This document shows positions 8,651 to 19,088 of a stretch of 64,000 nucleotides of DNA, in pieces. The notes below the pieces were generated by a model. It made no database searches, was not told the origin of the DNA, and was given only the letters and a program-made list of their open reading frames with translations. Position numbers and translations under genes: made by a program. Position 1 is the stretch's first letter. The number at the start of each line of letters is the position of its first letter. The DNA is from an uncultured Bdellovibrionales bacterium (GTDB taxonomy: Bacteria > Patescibacteriota > Minisyncoccia > Moranbacterales > UBA1568): assembly GCA_964594215.1 (NCBI GenBank), contig CAZQLN010000001.1, positions 39,638 through 103,637 on the forward strand, in the 5' to 3' direction.

Positions 8651-9028
8651 TTACAAGGGGAGTTCATATTGATCTTCAGGAACTTCGGTTTCAATTCCTG
8701 GCTTAAGACGTCCATTACGATGCCGTGGGCCAGGATTTTTATCGAAAGGCAAGTAGTTGTCTTTGTTGCGCCTTGGTCGATAAATAGATTCGCTCGTGAG
8801 AAAGTAGTCCATGGTGCGACAGTACTTCTCAACCGCGTTCTTCAGAATTTCGTATCTACCGTCACCTTTGGATTTATAGATCATCCGTTGGTGAGCCTCA
8901 ACATCGAAAGCGTCTCCGAAACGCCAGTTTTGCTGAATGCGGCGATACACCCAAGAGCCAATGCCAGCAATCTCTGATTGAGAGAACTGGTAGCGTCTTG
9001 TTGGCTCAAAACGAGCTTGCTTGTTCAT
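8651..9028 (-). CDS. Orphan small basic protein (GC-rich island gene 4)
   Basis: Track start 9055 is TTG. ATG at 9028 (MNKQARF) has RBS AAAGGAG 7 nt upstream. 125 aa, no recognisable domain. Confidence 0.45.
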   Translation of the reverse strand: MNKQARFEPTRRYQFSQSEIAGIGSWVYRRIQQNWRFGDAFDVEAHQRMIYKSKGDGRYEILKNAVEKYCRTMDYFLTSESIYRPRRNKDNYLPFDKNPGPRHRNGRLKPGIETEVPEDQYELPL

Positions 9029-9149
9029 AACGAAGCTCCTTTCTTGAGCGAGCAATTGAATAGGTACTTACTCATATTATACACCTAAAACGTTATAAAG
9101 TCAACTAGTGGTTGCAGGAGCGCCCTAGACAATGCTTGAATAGAAGTAT

Positions 9150-10439
9150 ATGACCACCAAAACCAAAACCCTTACCCTCTGGGAGGACACGATCAGCCTT
9201 GCAGATTTTCAAGACAAAAACACGCTACCAGAATATCCAGGCGTATATTTTTTCGTGGATGCTACAGAGACGATTCTTTATATTGGTAAGGCCACGTCAC
9301 TCCGTGATCGGGTTAAGAGTTATTTTATTCAAGACATGCTCGAGACTCGTGGACCGAAGATTGAACTGATGATGCCCAAGATAACGAAAATTGGTTTTCG
9401 CAAAACTGATTCTGTTCTTGAGGCACTGCTTCTTGAGTCAGAGTTGATCAAGAAAGTACAGCCACCCTACAACACCAGCGCCAAAGATGATAAGAGCTAC
9501 AATCAAGTAGTGATTACCAAAGAGACCTATCCACGGGTTCTAGTAGTGCGGAGTCGAGACATTGCTCAGGGTAAATTCGATTTTCCGATTAAGTACTCGT
9601 TTGGACCTTTTCCGGATGGCGGGGGACTGAGGGAGGCGATGAAGATTATTCGCAGGTTGTTCCCATTTCGTGACAAGTGTACACCGTATGAAGAGTTGAC
9701 CGAGAAGATGAGGGCCAAGGCCAGGCCATGCTTCTCTGCCCAGATCGGTCTCTGTCCCGGGGTGTGCACGGGGAAAATAGATGCGCGAGCGTATGCGGAA
9801 ATTCTTCGTCATCTCAGACTCTTTTTTTCAGGTAAAAAAAACACGGTTCTCAAGAGTCTTGAGAAGAGTATGTTGCAGGCTGCTCAGGAGCAGCGTTTTG
9901 AAGAGGCTCAAAGTATTAAGAAAGTTTTGTTTGGACTTAAGCATATCGAGGATATAGCTCTTGTCAAAAATGATTTAGGAGAGGGAGAGCGTCATCGCAT
10001 CGAAGCCTTTGATGTAGCTCACATACTAGGAGAGTCAGCGGTAGGCGTGATGACAGTGGTTCAAAACAGTCGTATCCAACCAAGTGAATATCGGCAATTC
10101 AAGCTTCGCGCTAAACACAACGGCAATGATCTAACAGCGCTTGAGGAAATTTTGCGTCGACGCTTTGCTCACCCAGAGTGGCCCTTCCCAGAGCTTGTAG
10201 TAGTAGATGGTGGTGAAGTGCACGTACATTTGGCTGAAAAAATTCTTGCAGAGCTGGCTATTGGTATTCCCGTACTCTCAGTAGTTAAAGATGAGCGTCA
10301 TCGGCCACGAGCAGTACTTGGTATCGAAACTCTAGCAGAGCGCTTTAAGAAAGAAATTCTGCTTGTCAACAATGAAGCTCATCGTTTTGCCATTACTTTT
10401 CATCGTAAACGCCGCGGTAGAAGCTTTTTGAATAGATAA
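9150..10439 (+). CDS. uvrC: Excinuclease ABC subunit C, short form (GIY-YIG plus RNase H-like endonuclease domain, no C-terminal HhH)
   Basis: GIY-YIG block YPGVYFFVDATETILYIGKATSLRDRVKSYF. The C-terminal region IEAFDVAHILGE...LVVVDGG matches the UvrC endonuclease domain. At 429 aa it lacks the usual (HhH)2 tail. Confidence 0.8.
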   Translation: MTTKTKTLTLWEDTISLADFQDKNTLPEYPGVYFFVDATETILYIGKATSLRDRVKSYFIQDMLETRGPKIELMMPKITKIGFRKTDSVLEALLLESELIKKVQPPYNTSAKDDKSYNQVVITKETYPRVLVVRSRDIAQGKFDFPIKYSFGPFPDGGGLREAMKIIRRLFPFRDKCTPYEELTEKMRAKARPCFSAQIGLCPGVCTGKIDARAYAEILRHLRLFFSGKKNTVLKSLEKSMLQAAQEQRFEEAQSIKKVLFGLKHIEDIALVKNDLGEGERHRIEAFDVAHILGESAVGVMTVVQNSRIQPSEYRQFKLRAKHNGNDLTALEEILRRRFAHPEWPFPELVVVDGGEVHVHLAEKILAELAIGIPVLSVVKDERHRPRAVLGIETLAERFKKEILLVNNEAHRFAITFHRKRRGRSFLNR

Positions 10440-10570
10440 GTAGAGTATACAGAGAATATCTAGACCCGAGGAAAAAGTCTCCTGCGGGTCTTTCTCTTTA
10501 CAGCACGCCGAGAATAGTGTATCCTGGGAGACATCTTACAATTTTTTGAACCGCATTAGGATATTTGACT

Positions 10571-13363
10571 ATGGCAGCCAAAAAATCAGTCATTGAGGTA
10601 CGGGGGGCGCGAGTAAATAATCTTAAGAATATCAATGTTGATATTCCTCGTGATGCACTGGTAGTCGTGACGGGTCTTTCTGGATCGGGTAAATCTTCTT
10701 TAGCTTTCGATACTCTTTTTGCTGAAGCTAATCGCCGTTACGTTGAATCACTTTCTTCATACGCTAGAAATTTTCTTGATGGTTTTGAAAAACCAGATGT
10801 GGACGCTATCCACAATCTTTCGCCAGCTATCTCCATCGATCAAAAAAGTGTCTCACGTAGTCCACGCTCTACAGTAGGTACTATGACTGAAGTCTATGAT
10901 TACCTGCGTGTACTCTATGCCAAACTAGGAGAACCCCATTGTCCCAACTGCGCCGCTAAACTGACTCGTAAAAGTGTGCGCGAAATTCTCGAAGAAATCT
11001 TAGCATTGCCTAATGATACGGCTCTTATTTTCACAACAGAGAGTTTCGCCTTGCGAGGTAAAAATGAAAAAGAAGCTCTCCAAATGATTCAAACTTGGGG
11101 CTATCCACGAGTGATGCGTGATGATGAGGTTATTGGTATTGCTGAAGCAAGCGCCTCTGCGAGTAGTACCGAAGAGCATCAGTACGAACTCGTTATTGAT
11201 CGACTTATTCTCAATACCGCTCGACCTGACAAGGAGCGCATTATTGATAATCTGCAGACAGCTTTTCAGCTTGGTCATGGTACTCAGACAGTTATTCTGT
11301 CAGAGACTGGTGAGCGTCGTATCTATAATGAGGAATACCGTTGTGAAAACTGCGAAATCTATCTCCCAGAATTTTCACCGAGTCATTTTTCGTTTAATAA
11401 TCCTGATGGTGCTTGTCCCAAGTGTTCTGGCTTAGGGGTCACACTCGCTTTTGATCCCGAATTGATCATTCCCAACAAAAATCTTTCTTTCTTGGAGGGG
11501 GCGGTACGACCATGGAGCAAAATGAACAGTGGTCGAGAAAACGGCCATGGTCCACTCGCACAGCTACTTGAAGCCGCAAAGCGTCTGAAGATTTCACCAA
11601 GTACTCCTGTCAAAAAACTGCCGAAGAAACATCTAGAAACGCTGCTTTATGGAGATGGACAGGAAAAAGGTTTTGAGGGCATCATCTCACTTCTGGAAAA
11701 AAAATATAAAGACACCAAATCAGACCATCTTCGTAGTGATATCGAAGCCTACATGCACGCTCAGGTTTGTGGAGAGTGTGAAGGTAAGCGTCTCAAGAAA
11801 ACCTCTCTTTCAGTCTTGCTTGGAGGCCTTTCTATAGATGACATTGCTAAGCAGAGTATTGATAGCTTGCTTCACTTTTTACCGCAGCTTGAGAAAAAGT
11901 TAGCGACCAAAGAACAGAAAACATTTGTAGAGCCACTCTTTCGGGAAATGTTTACTCGTCTGCGAGCAGTTGAGAAGGTGGGTCTCGGTTACCTTGAGAT
12001 TCGTCGTGGAGCCCATACTCTTTCTGGTGGTGAAGCTCAGCGTATTCGTCTCTCTGTTCAGATGAAATCAGGTCTTTCGGGGATCATCTATGTTCTTGAT
12101 GAACCATCAGTGGGTCTTCATAGTCGTGATACCGAAAAACTTCTTGGTGCCCTTGAAGATCTTCGTGGCGCTAACAATTCTTTGGTAGTTGTAGAGCATG
12201 ATGTAGCTATTATGAAACGAGCGGACTACATCATCGACATGGGGCCAGGCGCAGGCAGTGAGGGGGGTGAAGTCATTTTTGCTGGTACACCAGAATCCCT
12301 TCTTAAGTCTAAGATGCTCACCGCAGAGTATCTTTCTGGTAAGCGTACCGTCTCAGAGAAAAAGAAGCTCCGTAAAGGTAGTGGTGTTTCTCTTTCTATT
12401 CTTGGTGCTAAAGAACATAACTTGAAAAACGTCGATATTACTTTTCCTCTCGGGATGCTCATTTCGGTAGTGGGTGTATCGGGATCAGGTAAGTCTTCTT
12501 TGGTACATAGTATTTTATCCAAAGCACTCTCCAAACATTTTTATCATGCGAAGGCTGAGCCAGGCGCTCACAAGAAAATCACAGGCTTAGAGCATATTGA
12601 TAAGGTGATCACAGTAAATCAGGATCCAATCGGACGGACTCCGCGTAGTAATGCGGCTACCTACACGGGAGTGTTTGGCTTGATTCGTGATTTGTTTGCA
12701 GCTACTCCAGAAGCCGAGCGAGAGAAATTCAGCGCTAGCCATTTCAGCTTTAATATGCGAGGGGGGCGTTGTGAGGAATGTCAGGGTGGAGGTATGAAGA
12801 AAATTGAGATGTACCTATTGCCAGATGTCTATGTTCCTTGTGAATACTGTCAGGGGACACGGTATAACCAAAAAACTCTTTCTATTGAATACCGTAGTAC
12901 GAACATAGCTCAGATTCTCCAGATGACCGTTACCGAAGCCAGACGTTTTTTCCTTGATCAGCCTATGATTGAGGAGAAGCTTCGGGTGCTCGAAGAAGTA
13001 GGACTCGGCTACTTAGTCTTGGGTCAAAGTGCTACTAATCTTTCTGGTGGTGAAGCTCAGCGTATCAAACTAGCCACTGAACTCGCTCGTAAGTCAACCG
13101 GTAAAACCCTTTACATTCTCGATGAACCAACAATTGGGTTACACTTCGAAGATGTACGGCGTCTTCTGGAGGTACTTGATGCTCTTGTCGATAAGGGGAA
13201 TAGCGTCTTAGTAGTTGAACATAATATTGATGTGATCAAGGCATCGGACTGGGTAGTGGAACTTGGACCCGATGGAGGTAGTTTGGGCGGAGAGTTGGTT
13301 TTCTCTGGCACACCTGCTAAGCTCAAGGCGGTCAAGAAAAGCTTTACTGCTAAGTATCTCTAA
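10571..13363 (+). CDS. uvrA: Excinuclease ABC subunit A
   Basis: Track start 10565 is TTG; ATG at 10571. Two ABC ATPase modules ([14 protein letters not shown]; [11 protein letters not shown]), LSGGEAQR signatures and zinc-finger cysteines. Confidence 0.95.
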   Translation: MAAKKSVIEVRGARVNNLKNINVDIPRDALVVVTGLSGSGKSSLAFDTLFAEANRRYVESLSSYARNFLDGFEKPDVDAIHNLSPAISIDQKSVSRSPRSTVGTMTEVYDYLRVLYAKLGEPHCPNCAAKLTRKSVREILEEILALPNDTALIFTTESFALRGKNEKEALQMIQTWGYPRVMRDDEVIGIAEASASASSTEEHQYELVIDRLILNTARPDKERIIDNLQTAFQLGHGTQTVILSETGERRIYNEEYRCENCEIYLPEFSPSHFSFNNPDGACPKCSGLGVTLAFDPELIIPNKNLSFLEGAVRPWSKMNSGRENGHGPLAQLLEAAKRLKISPSTPVKKLPKKHLETLLYGDGQEKGFEGIISLLEKKYKDTKSDHLRSDIEAYMHAQVCGECEGKRLKKTSLSVLLGGLSIDDIAKQSIDSLLHFLPQLEKKLATKEQKTFVEPLFREMFTRLRAVEKVGLGYLEIRRGAHTLSGGEAQRIRLSVQMKSGLSGIIYVLDEPSVGLHSRDTEKLLGALEDLRGANNSLVVVEHDVAIMKRADYIIDMGPGAGSEGGEVIFAGTPESLLKSKMLTAEYLSGKRTVSEKKKLRKGSGVSLSILGAKEHNLKNVDITFPLGMLISVVGVSGSGKSSLVHSILSKALSKHFYHAKAEPGAHKKITGLEHIDKVITVNQDPIGRTPRSNAATYTGVFGLIRDLFAATPEAEREKFSASHFSFNMRGGRCEECQGGGMKKIEMYLLPDVYVPCEYCQGTRYNQKTLSIEYRSTNIAQILQMTVTEARRFFLDQPMIEEKLRVLEEVGLGYLVLGQSATNLSGGEAQRIKLATELARKSTGKTLYILDEPTIGLHFEDVRRLLEVLDALVDKGNSVLVVEHNIDVIKASDWVVELGPDGGSLGGELVFSGTPAKLKAVKKSFTAKYL

Positions 13364-13373
13364 TCTCAAAGCG

Positions 13374-14285
13374 ATGGTAACTAATCTCCACAAAAACATT
13401 ATTGCTACCATCACCTACTACGATGTCCTTGATTTTCCACTGACACCCTACGAACTTTGGCGTTTCTTGATTTCTTATGATGGCACAGCGCTGACAGACA
13501 AAGCACTTTTGCGAGATGTTGTTTGTGCCTTAGAAACAAGTGAACTGCAGAAAAAAGTAGCTTCTCTGAATGGGTTTTTCTTTTTACCAGGGCGAGGACG
13601 TTTAGTGGAAGAACGTGTCGCTAGAGAAAAACTCTCTGCCCGTAAGCTTGTAAAGATGAAAGAGCTTGCCTCATGGATGCGTCACATGCCTTTTGTCCGT
13701 ATGATTGGAGCAACTGGTAGTCTTTCTATTAAGCATGGGACCAAAGAAAGTGACTGGGACATGTTTATTGTTTTTGAAAAAGGTCGTATCTGGTTGGGAC
13801 GGTTTATTATGACGGCCTTTCTTCAGGCGTTTGGTAAGCGTCGTCATGGTCAGAAGGTGCGTGACCGAGCTTGTCTCAATTATTTTATTACTACAGACAG
13901 ACTGGAAATCATGAATAAGGATCTCTATGGAGCTCATGAGTACCAGTCTATGCGTCTCTTGTGGGGGAGTAGAGCCTACCAACGCTTTATGTTGGCGAAT
14001 CAGTGGATACGTGACTTTAAGCCGCACTATCAGCCTAGCGCGCTCTTAGAACGCTTTACTTTGAATGGGGGGTCGAGTTTTATACAGACTCTGTTAGAAA
14101 AACTAGCGGCTTTATTACCTGGGCAAGATCAACTGAGTGCTTGGCAACAACGTAAGATTGCCCATAATCCGAAAACTGATTTACCTGGAAGTCATATTGA
14201 AGCGAGTGATCAAGCACTTATTTTTCTTCCTAAACCACGAGGACCACGAGTGTTTAGCGAATTTAAAAGACGGCTCACTTTTTAG
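13374..14285 (+). CDS. Polymerase-beta-like nucleotidyltransferase-fold protein, function unknown
   Basis: Track ORF 13263 overlaps uvrA. ATG at 13374 lies 10 nt after the uvrA stop. NTase signature IGATGSLS...DWDMFIVF (GS...DxD). Confidence 0.5.
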   Translation: MVTNLHKNIIATITYYDVLDFPLTPYELWRFLISYDGTALTDKALLRDVVCALETSELQKKVASLNGFFFLPGRGRLVEERVAREKLSARKLVKMKELASWMRHMPFVRMIGATGSLSIKHGTKESDWDMFIVFEKGRIWLGRFIMTAFLQAFGKRRHGQKVRDRACLNYFITTDRLEIMNKDLYGAHEYQSMRLLWGSRAYQRFMLANQWIRDFKPHYQPSALLERFTLNGGSSFIQTLLEKLAALLPGQDQLSAWQQRKIAHNPKTDLPGSHIEASDQALIFLPKPRGPRVFSEFKRRLTF

Positions 14286-14339
14286 AGAGTCGAAAAAGAT
14301 TTAGATGAGAAGATCTTGCCTAGCAGAGGTCTTTTTTCA

Positions 14340-14348
14340 TGCTATACT
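14340..14348 (+). promoter_or_regulatory. Extended -10 element TGCTATACT upstream of pilC
   Basis: CATGCTATACTAAG 14-mer identical to the copy at 2110-2123. RBS AGGAG 5 nt before the ATG at 14381. Confidence 0.4.
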
Positions 14349-14380
14349 AAGGGGAGAAAAACAAAACTAAATAGGAGACT

Positions 14381-15601
14381 ATGCCGAAATTTTTATATAC
14401 GGCCAAGGCGATTGATACCGGTCAACCGAGTTCTGGAGAAGCAGTTGCAAAAGATGAAAAGGAGTTAGCCAAAGACCTTCGTGGACAGGGGTTGCTTTTG
14501 ACTTCTCATCGTGAAGTGACTGAAGCTACCAAGCTCAACATCAAGTTTTTTGATGGCATGCGCTCAGTGCCACTCAAAGAGAAGATGGTTTTTACCAGAA
14601 ACTTAGCTGTGATGGTTTCTTCAGGGTTGACTCTCTCTCGCGGTATTCACAACCTTAGTTTACAGACCAATCATAAGGGCTTTCGCAAGATCTTGGAAGA
14701 TGTTTTCGAAGAGGTGCAGGCAGGAAAGTCTCTTTCAGAAGGACTCGCTAAATATCCAAAGGTTTTCAATGAGCTATTTACCAACATGATTGCCGTAGGA
14801 GAGGTGTCCGGTAACCTTGAGGAGGTTTTGGATATTTTGGCTACTCAACTGGAGAAAGAACATGATTTATTAAGTAAAGTTCGTGGTGCCCTCATTTATC
14901 CATTGGTTATTTTGGTGGCCATGTTTGGTATTGGAGTTTTGATGTTGGTCTATATTTTACCGAGAATTACCGGTGTGTTTAAGGATATGGATGTGAAGTT
15001 GCCAGCTACGACGCTCGCTATTATGGCTTTTAGTGATTTTCTCCGCAATCACTACATTATTGCTTTTGGAGGACTTTTCCTTTTTATTGTGGGAGTGAAG
15101 GTGTTTGCTGGTACACCTGCGGGTCAAAATTTCTTTCATTGGCTGTATATTCGTTTGCCGATTGTCGGTAATATTGTCATCAAAGTTAACTGTGCCAGAT
15201 TTGCCCGCATCCATAGCTCACTTTTGAAAAGCGGCGTATCTGTGGTGACTGCTCTGGGTATTGTTTCTAAGACACTCGGTAATGTTTATTATAAACGAGC
15301 TATTGAAGAAGCGATTGGTGAGATCCAAAAGGGTACAGAACTTTCCAAGGTCATTAGTCGTTATCCTAAGCTCTTTCCGATTCTTGTGCCACAGATTATT
15401 GAAGTGGGTGAAGAAACCGGTAAGACTGAAATGGTACTCAAGCGTTTGGCTGAATTCTATGAAGAAGAGATTTCTCAGATTACCAAGAACATGTCCTCTA
15501 TTATTGAGCCGGTGTTGATGTTGATTATTGGTGGAGGTGTAGGATTTTTTGCGGTGGCGATGTTACAACCAATGTATTCCGTCTTAGAGAACATTAAGTA
15601 A
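14381..15601 (+). CDS. pilC: Type IV pilus assembly platform protein PilC (GspF family)
   Basis: Two T2SS-F domains. N-terminal MPKFLYTAKAIDTGQ...ELAKDLRGQGLLL is typical of PilC. Confidence 0.9.
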   Translation: MPKFLYTAKAIDTGQPSSGEAVAKDEKELAKDLRGQGLLLTSHREVTEATKLNIKFFDGMRSVPLKEKMVFTRNLAVMVSSGLTLSRGIHNLSLQTNHKGFRKILEDVFEEVQAGKSLSEGLAKYPKVFNELFTNMIAVGEVSGNLEEVLDILATQLEKEHDLLSKVRGALIYPLVILVAMFGIGVLMLVYILPRITGVFKDMDVKLPATTLAIMAFSDFLRNHYIIAFGGLFLFIVGVKVFAGTPAGQNFFHWLYIRLPIVGNIVIKVNCARFARIHSSLLKSGVSVVTALGIVSKTLGNVYYKRAIEEAIGEIQKGTELSKVISRYPKLFPILVPQIIEVGEETGKTEMVLKRLAEFYEEEISQITKNMSSIIEPVLMLIIGGGVGFFAVAMLQPMYSVLENIK

Positions 15602-15643
15602 CACTATTTCTCTGGCGAATTTCTTTGTTACAAAATACGAAGT

Positions 15644-17023
15644 ATGAAGTTTTCTAGTCAAAAGCGAACAAGAAAGGGATTTACGCTTATTGAGTCGTTG
15701 ATTTTTCTATTTATTTTTGCTTTGATTGCGACTACTTTTTTTCAGGCCTACATTGTGACCACGAGGACAGTGCTTAATAGTAAAAATCGTCTAGGAGCTA
15801 CTGCCTTGGCTAACCAGAGAATGGAAATTATTCGTAGTATCGAATATACGACTATCGGTACTAAACACTGGAATGGTAGCGCTTGGGTGTATGGTATTCC
15901 TGCAGGAGACCTCATTGAAGAAGAAGATGTAAGTGTGAATACCACTCTCTATCATGTAGATACCTTCGTGCAATATGTAGATGACACTTTCGATGGTTCA
16001 AGTCCGGCAGATACCATTCCTACCGATTATAAAAGAGTGCGTGTGACTGTGAGTTGGGGAGGAAGAACGGCTGATGAAACCGTAGCGCTTTTCGGAAACT
16101 TCTCCCCGAACGGAATAGAGAGCTCAAGTGGTGGAGGAGTACTTTCTATCAATGCTCTTGATTCAAGTGGTATCGGTATTAGTGGAGTTAATGTGCGCAT
16201 TCAGAATAGTTCAGCTGGTATTGATACCACAGCAACAACCGATTCTACCGGGAATGTGACGTTACCTGGAACGCCAGCTGGAACTCAGAAGTATATCCTG
16301 ACACTGTCTAAGAGTGGTTACTATGGAGCTAATACCTATGCTCCATATCCGACGACCGCTTATACTCCAGTAGATGTCCATGCCTCGGTAGTGGCTAATG
16401 TTCTCAATCAGAAAACAGTAGTGATTGATCGTGATGTAGATATGAAACTGAAAACCCAAGATCCTTTTGGGGTAGCTGTTCCGAGCGTGAGTTTCAGTGT
16501 CGCTGGTGGTCGGGTTTTGGGGACCACTCCATCTACCGGAGCTCAAGTGTATAGTCTCAACCAGTCTACTTCTACAGACAGCAGTGGAGAAAAAACCTTT
16601 AGTGATCAGAGTTATGGAAGGTATACATTCACTATTCCAGATACAAGTGCTTATGAGTTTTGGAAGCTCACTCCGGAGAGTAGCACCAACAATGTTTTCG
16701 ATGCTTCTCCAGGAACTAGTACGGATGTGTTAGCCCTCTTCCTGAGTAAAACTCTGGCTTCGTTGAAGGTTCAGGTAGTTCGTAATGATAATGGTAATGC
16801 TATTGCCGGAGCAACCGTTCACCTGACGAATACGACTTTGAGTTATGATGAGACGGTAACGACCGATACCTTTGGTTTTGCTTATTTCCCCAAGACAAGT
16901 ACACCGCTAGCAGTTGATACCTACAACATTGAAATACAGGGCACTGGTTTCCAGACCAAGACAGATACAGTAGTGGTAAGTAATGCATTGACTAAGAAGA
17001 CCTATGATTTAGTAGCTAACTAG
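15644..17023 (+). CDS. Large type IV pilin-like protein (prepilin-type N-terminal cleavage/methylation domain)
   Basis: KG/FTLIESLIF class III signal peptide. The remainder is T/S/G-rich and beta-rich. Confidence 0.75.
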   Translation: MKFSSQKRTRKGFTLIESLIFLFIFALIATTFFQAYIVTTRTVLNSKNRLGATALANQRMEIIRSIEYTTIGTKHWNGSAWVYGIPAGDLIEEEDVSVNTTLYHVDTFVQYVDDTFDGSSPADTIPTDYKRVRVTVSWGGRTADETVALFGNFSPNGIESSSGGGVLSINALDSSGIGISGVNVRIQNSSAGIDTTATTDSTGNVTLPGTPAGTQKYILTLSKSGYYGANTYAPYPTTAYTPVDVHASVVANVLNQKTVVIDRDVDMKLKTQDPFGVAVPSVSFSVAGGRVLGTTPSTGAQVYSLNQSTSTDSSGEKTFSDQSYGRYTFTIPDTSAYEFWKLTPESSTNNVFDASPGTSTDVLALFLSKTLASLKVQVVRNDNGNAIAGATVHLTNTTLSYDETVTTDTFGFAYFPKTSTPLAVDTYNIEIQGTGFQTKTDTVVVSNALTKKTYDLVAN

Positions 17024-17027
17024 GCTT

Positions 17028-17648
17028 ATGCGCTTTTATAAGGGTCTAACTTTGATTGAAATGTTGGTAGCCATTACGGTGATGCTTATCGCTATGAATG
17101 GCTTCACGTATCTTTTTGTGCGCTCTTGGGATACGAATAGATCAACTATTGAGACCGGTCTCGCCTCGACAACAGCCTCAAGAGCCGTCAATCAGACCAT
17201 TATTCAGTTACGCGCTATCAAACAAGCAGATAATGGAGACTATCCTATTGAAGAGGCTGATGATTTTGATCTCACTATCTATACCGATATTGATGATGAT
17301 GGGGTGACTGAACGAGTGCATTACTATCTCGATCTAGCTACGGATGAGTTTAAGAGGGGTATTACCGACCCGAGTACTTCAACCCCGATTACATATGCCA
17401 GTAGTGATACCACCACTACCATACTAGCTCGTTATATTACCAATGAGAGTAATGAACCAATATTCTATTATTATAATGATGACTATCCTGGAGATACGAC
17501 CAATAATCCTCTTAACACACCAGCTAGTTTGGGAAGTATTCAGCTGGTTCGAGTCAAAATGAAAGTTAATATTGACCCAGTACATGCTCCAGAAAATATC
17601 AATATTGAATCATTCGTAGACCTCCGTAATATGCATAACTATGAGTAA
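17028..17648 (+). CDS. Type IV pilin-like protein (minor pilin)
   Basis: KG/LTLIEMLVAITVMLIA prepilin motif. Confidence 0.7.
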   Translation: MRFYKGLTLIEMLVAITVMLIAMNGFTYLFVRSWDTNRSTIETGLASTTASRAVNQTIIQLRAIKQADNGDYPIEEADDFDLTIYTDIDDDGVTERVHYYLDLATDEFKRGITDPSTSTPITYASSDTTTTILARYITNESNEPIFYYYNDDYPGDTTNNPLNTPASLGSIQLVRVKMKVNIDPVHAPENINIESFVDLRNMHNYE

Positions 17649-19053
17649 AAATTTTTTTTCACAGAAAAAAAGAGGAACAGCTCTGGTCTACGGTCTTATT
17701 ATTATGACGGTGGTGGCTATTGTCTTGACTTCTATTATCACTTTCGTAGCCAACCATACTAAGTATGCTTTGCAAATTCATGCTCGAGAGCAGTCATTCC
17801 AGATAGCTGAATCAGGTATCCAGTTCTATCGTTGGTACTTGGCTCACCAGGTAGAGGGTCGTACTGCGGCTCAAGTAGCTGCTTTTTGGGCGGGCACTCC
17901 GTACGGAGTAGCGACTCCTTATGAGAAGGATTATCGTGATCCATCAGGCGACCTGATAGGGCGTTATAAGATTGAGGTGACGCCGCCATCAGGCACATCA
18001 ACAGCCGTCACGGTAGTCGCCACTGGTTGGACGTTTCGTTATCCAAATGACAAGCGTATTATCGAGGTGCGTTTCCGTAAACCAGCCTGGAGTGAAGATA
18101 TTGTACTGGCTAATGATGACTTACGCTTCGGAGCTGGCACTGAAGTATTTGGCAAGATTCATTCTAATGGAGGAATCCGTTTTGATGGTCTAGCTCATAA
18201 TCTTGTTTCGAGTTCACTCAGTACCTACAATGATCCAGATCACAACGGTGCTGATGAATTTGGTGTCCACACACACGATAGCCCTACGGATCCGCTACCC
18301 CCGGCAGCGGTGCCGGATCGGCCGGATGTTTTTGAGGGAGGAAGATCATTTCCAGTCGCAGCTACGGATTTCAATGGTGTGCTTGGTGATCTAGCCTACA
18401 TGAAGAGTGTAGCTCAAGCAGGTACCAATGGCAGTCGCTATCTTGGCAATACCCATCAGGGTTGGCATATTATTTTGAAAACAAACGATACCTTTGATGT
18501 TCGTAATGTTCAGAGTTTCAATGCTGCCACCAATCAGATCAACAACTACTCGGGCGGTTGGAGCACGTACAATATTCCCAATGATGGAGTAATTTTCGCT
18601 GAAAATAATGTTTGGATCTCTGGCACGGTTAATGGAAGGCGTGTTACTGTGGTTGGCGCTAATCTTATATCTGCTTCTCAGAAGAATGTCTATATTGGTA
18701 ATGATATCCGTTATACCAATTATGATTGTACGGATATTATCGGTATTATTGCTCAAAATGATATTGATATTTTTCGAGCCAGTGAAGATGATTTGCGTAT
18801 TGATGCGGCCATGATTGCTCAATCCGGTAAGATTGAACGGCCTCACTATAGTGGTGGTGGTGGAGATCTCATTAAATCAGTCATCACTATCTATGGCGCC
18901 CTAGCCTCTAATCAGCGCTACGGTTTTGCTTGGACAGATGGTACCGGTTATACGACACGTAATCTCTACTATGACAACAATCTCCTGTATTGTCCGCCAC
19001 CGTATTTCCCTACAGGCACCCAATATGAAATGGATTTATGGGAAGAGCGCTAA
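17641..19053 (+). CDS. PilX-like pilus assembly protein with C-terminal beta-helix-like region
   Basis: RGTALVYGLIIMTVVAIVLTSII N-terminal segment as in PilX. 8-nt overlap with the upstream pilin. Confidence 0.55.
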   Translation: MSKNFFSQKKRGTALVYGLIIMTVVAIVLTSIITFVANHTKYALQIHAREQSFQIAESGIQFYRWYLAHQVEGRTAAQVAAFWAGTPYGVATPYEKDYRDPSGDLIGRYKIEVTPPSGTSTAVTVVATGWTFRYPNDKRIIEVRFRKPAWSEDIVLANDDLRFGAGTEVFGKIHSNGGIRFDGLAHNLVSSSLSTYNDPDHNGADEFGVHTHDSPTDPLPPAAVPDRPDVFEGGRSFPVAATDFNGVLGDLAYMKSVAQAGTNGSRYLGNTHQGWHIILKTNDTFDVRNVQSFNAATNQINNYSGGWSTYNIPNDGVIFAENNVWISGTVNGRRVTVVGANLISASQKNVYIGNDIRYTNYDCTDIIGIIAQNDIDIFRASEDDLRIDAAMIAQSGKIERPHYSGGGGDLIKSVITIYGALASNQRYGFAWTDGTGYTTRNLYYDNNLLYCPPPYFPTGTQYEMDLWEER

Positions 19054-19088
19054 AATTCTGCTAGAATATAGAGGAAACACAAATAAAA

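Noticed and set aside
13263-13373. Track's 5' extension of the NTase-fold ORF into the uvrA 3' end
   Set aside because: It would overlap uvrA by 100 nt. A clean ATG lies 10 nt after the uvrA stop.
18391-18846. 151-aa minus-strand ORF inside the PilX-like gene
   Set aside because: Antisense to a confidently coding region. Asn/Ile-rich low-complexity translation with no start context.
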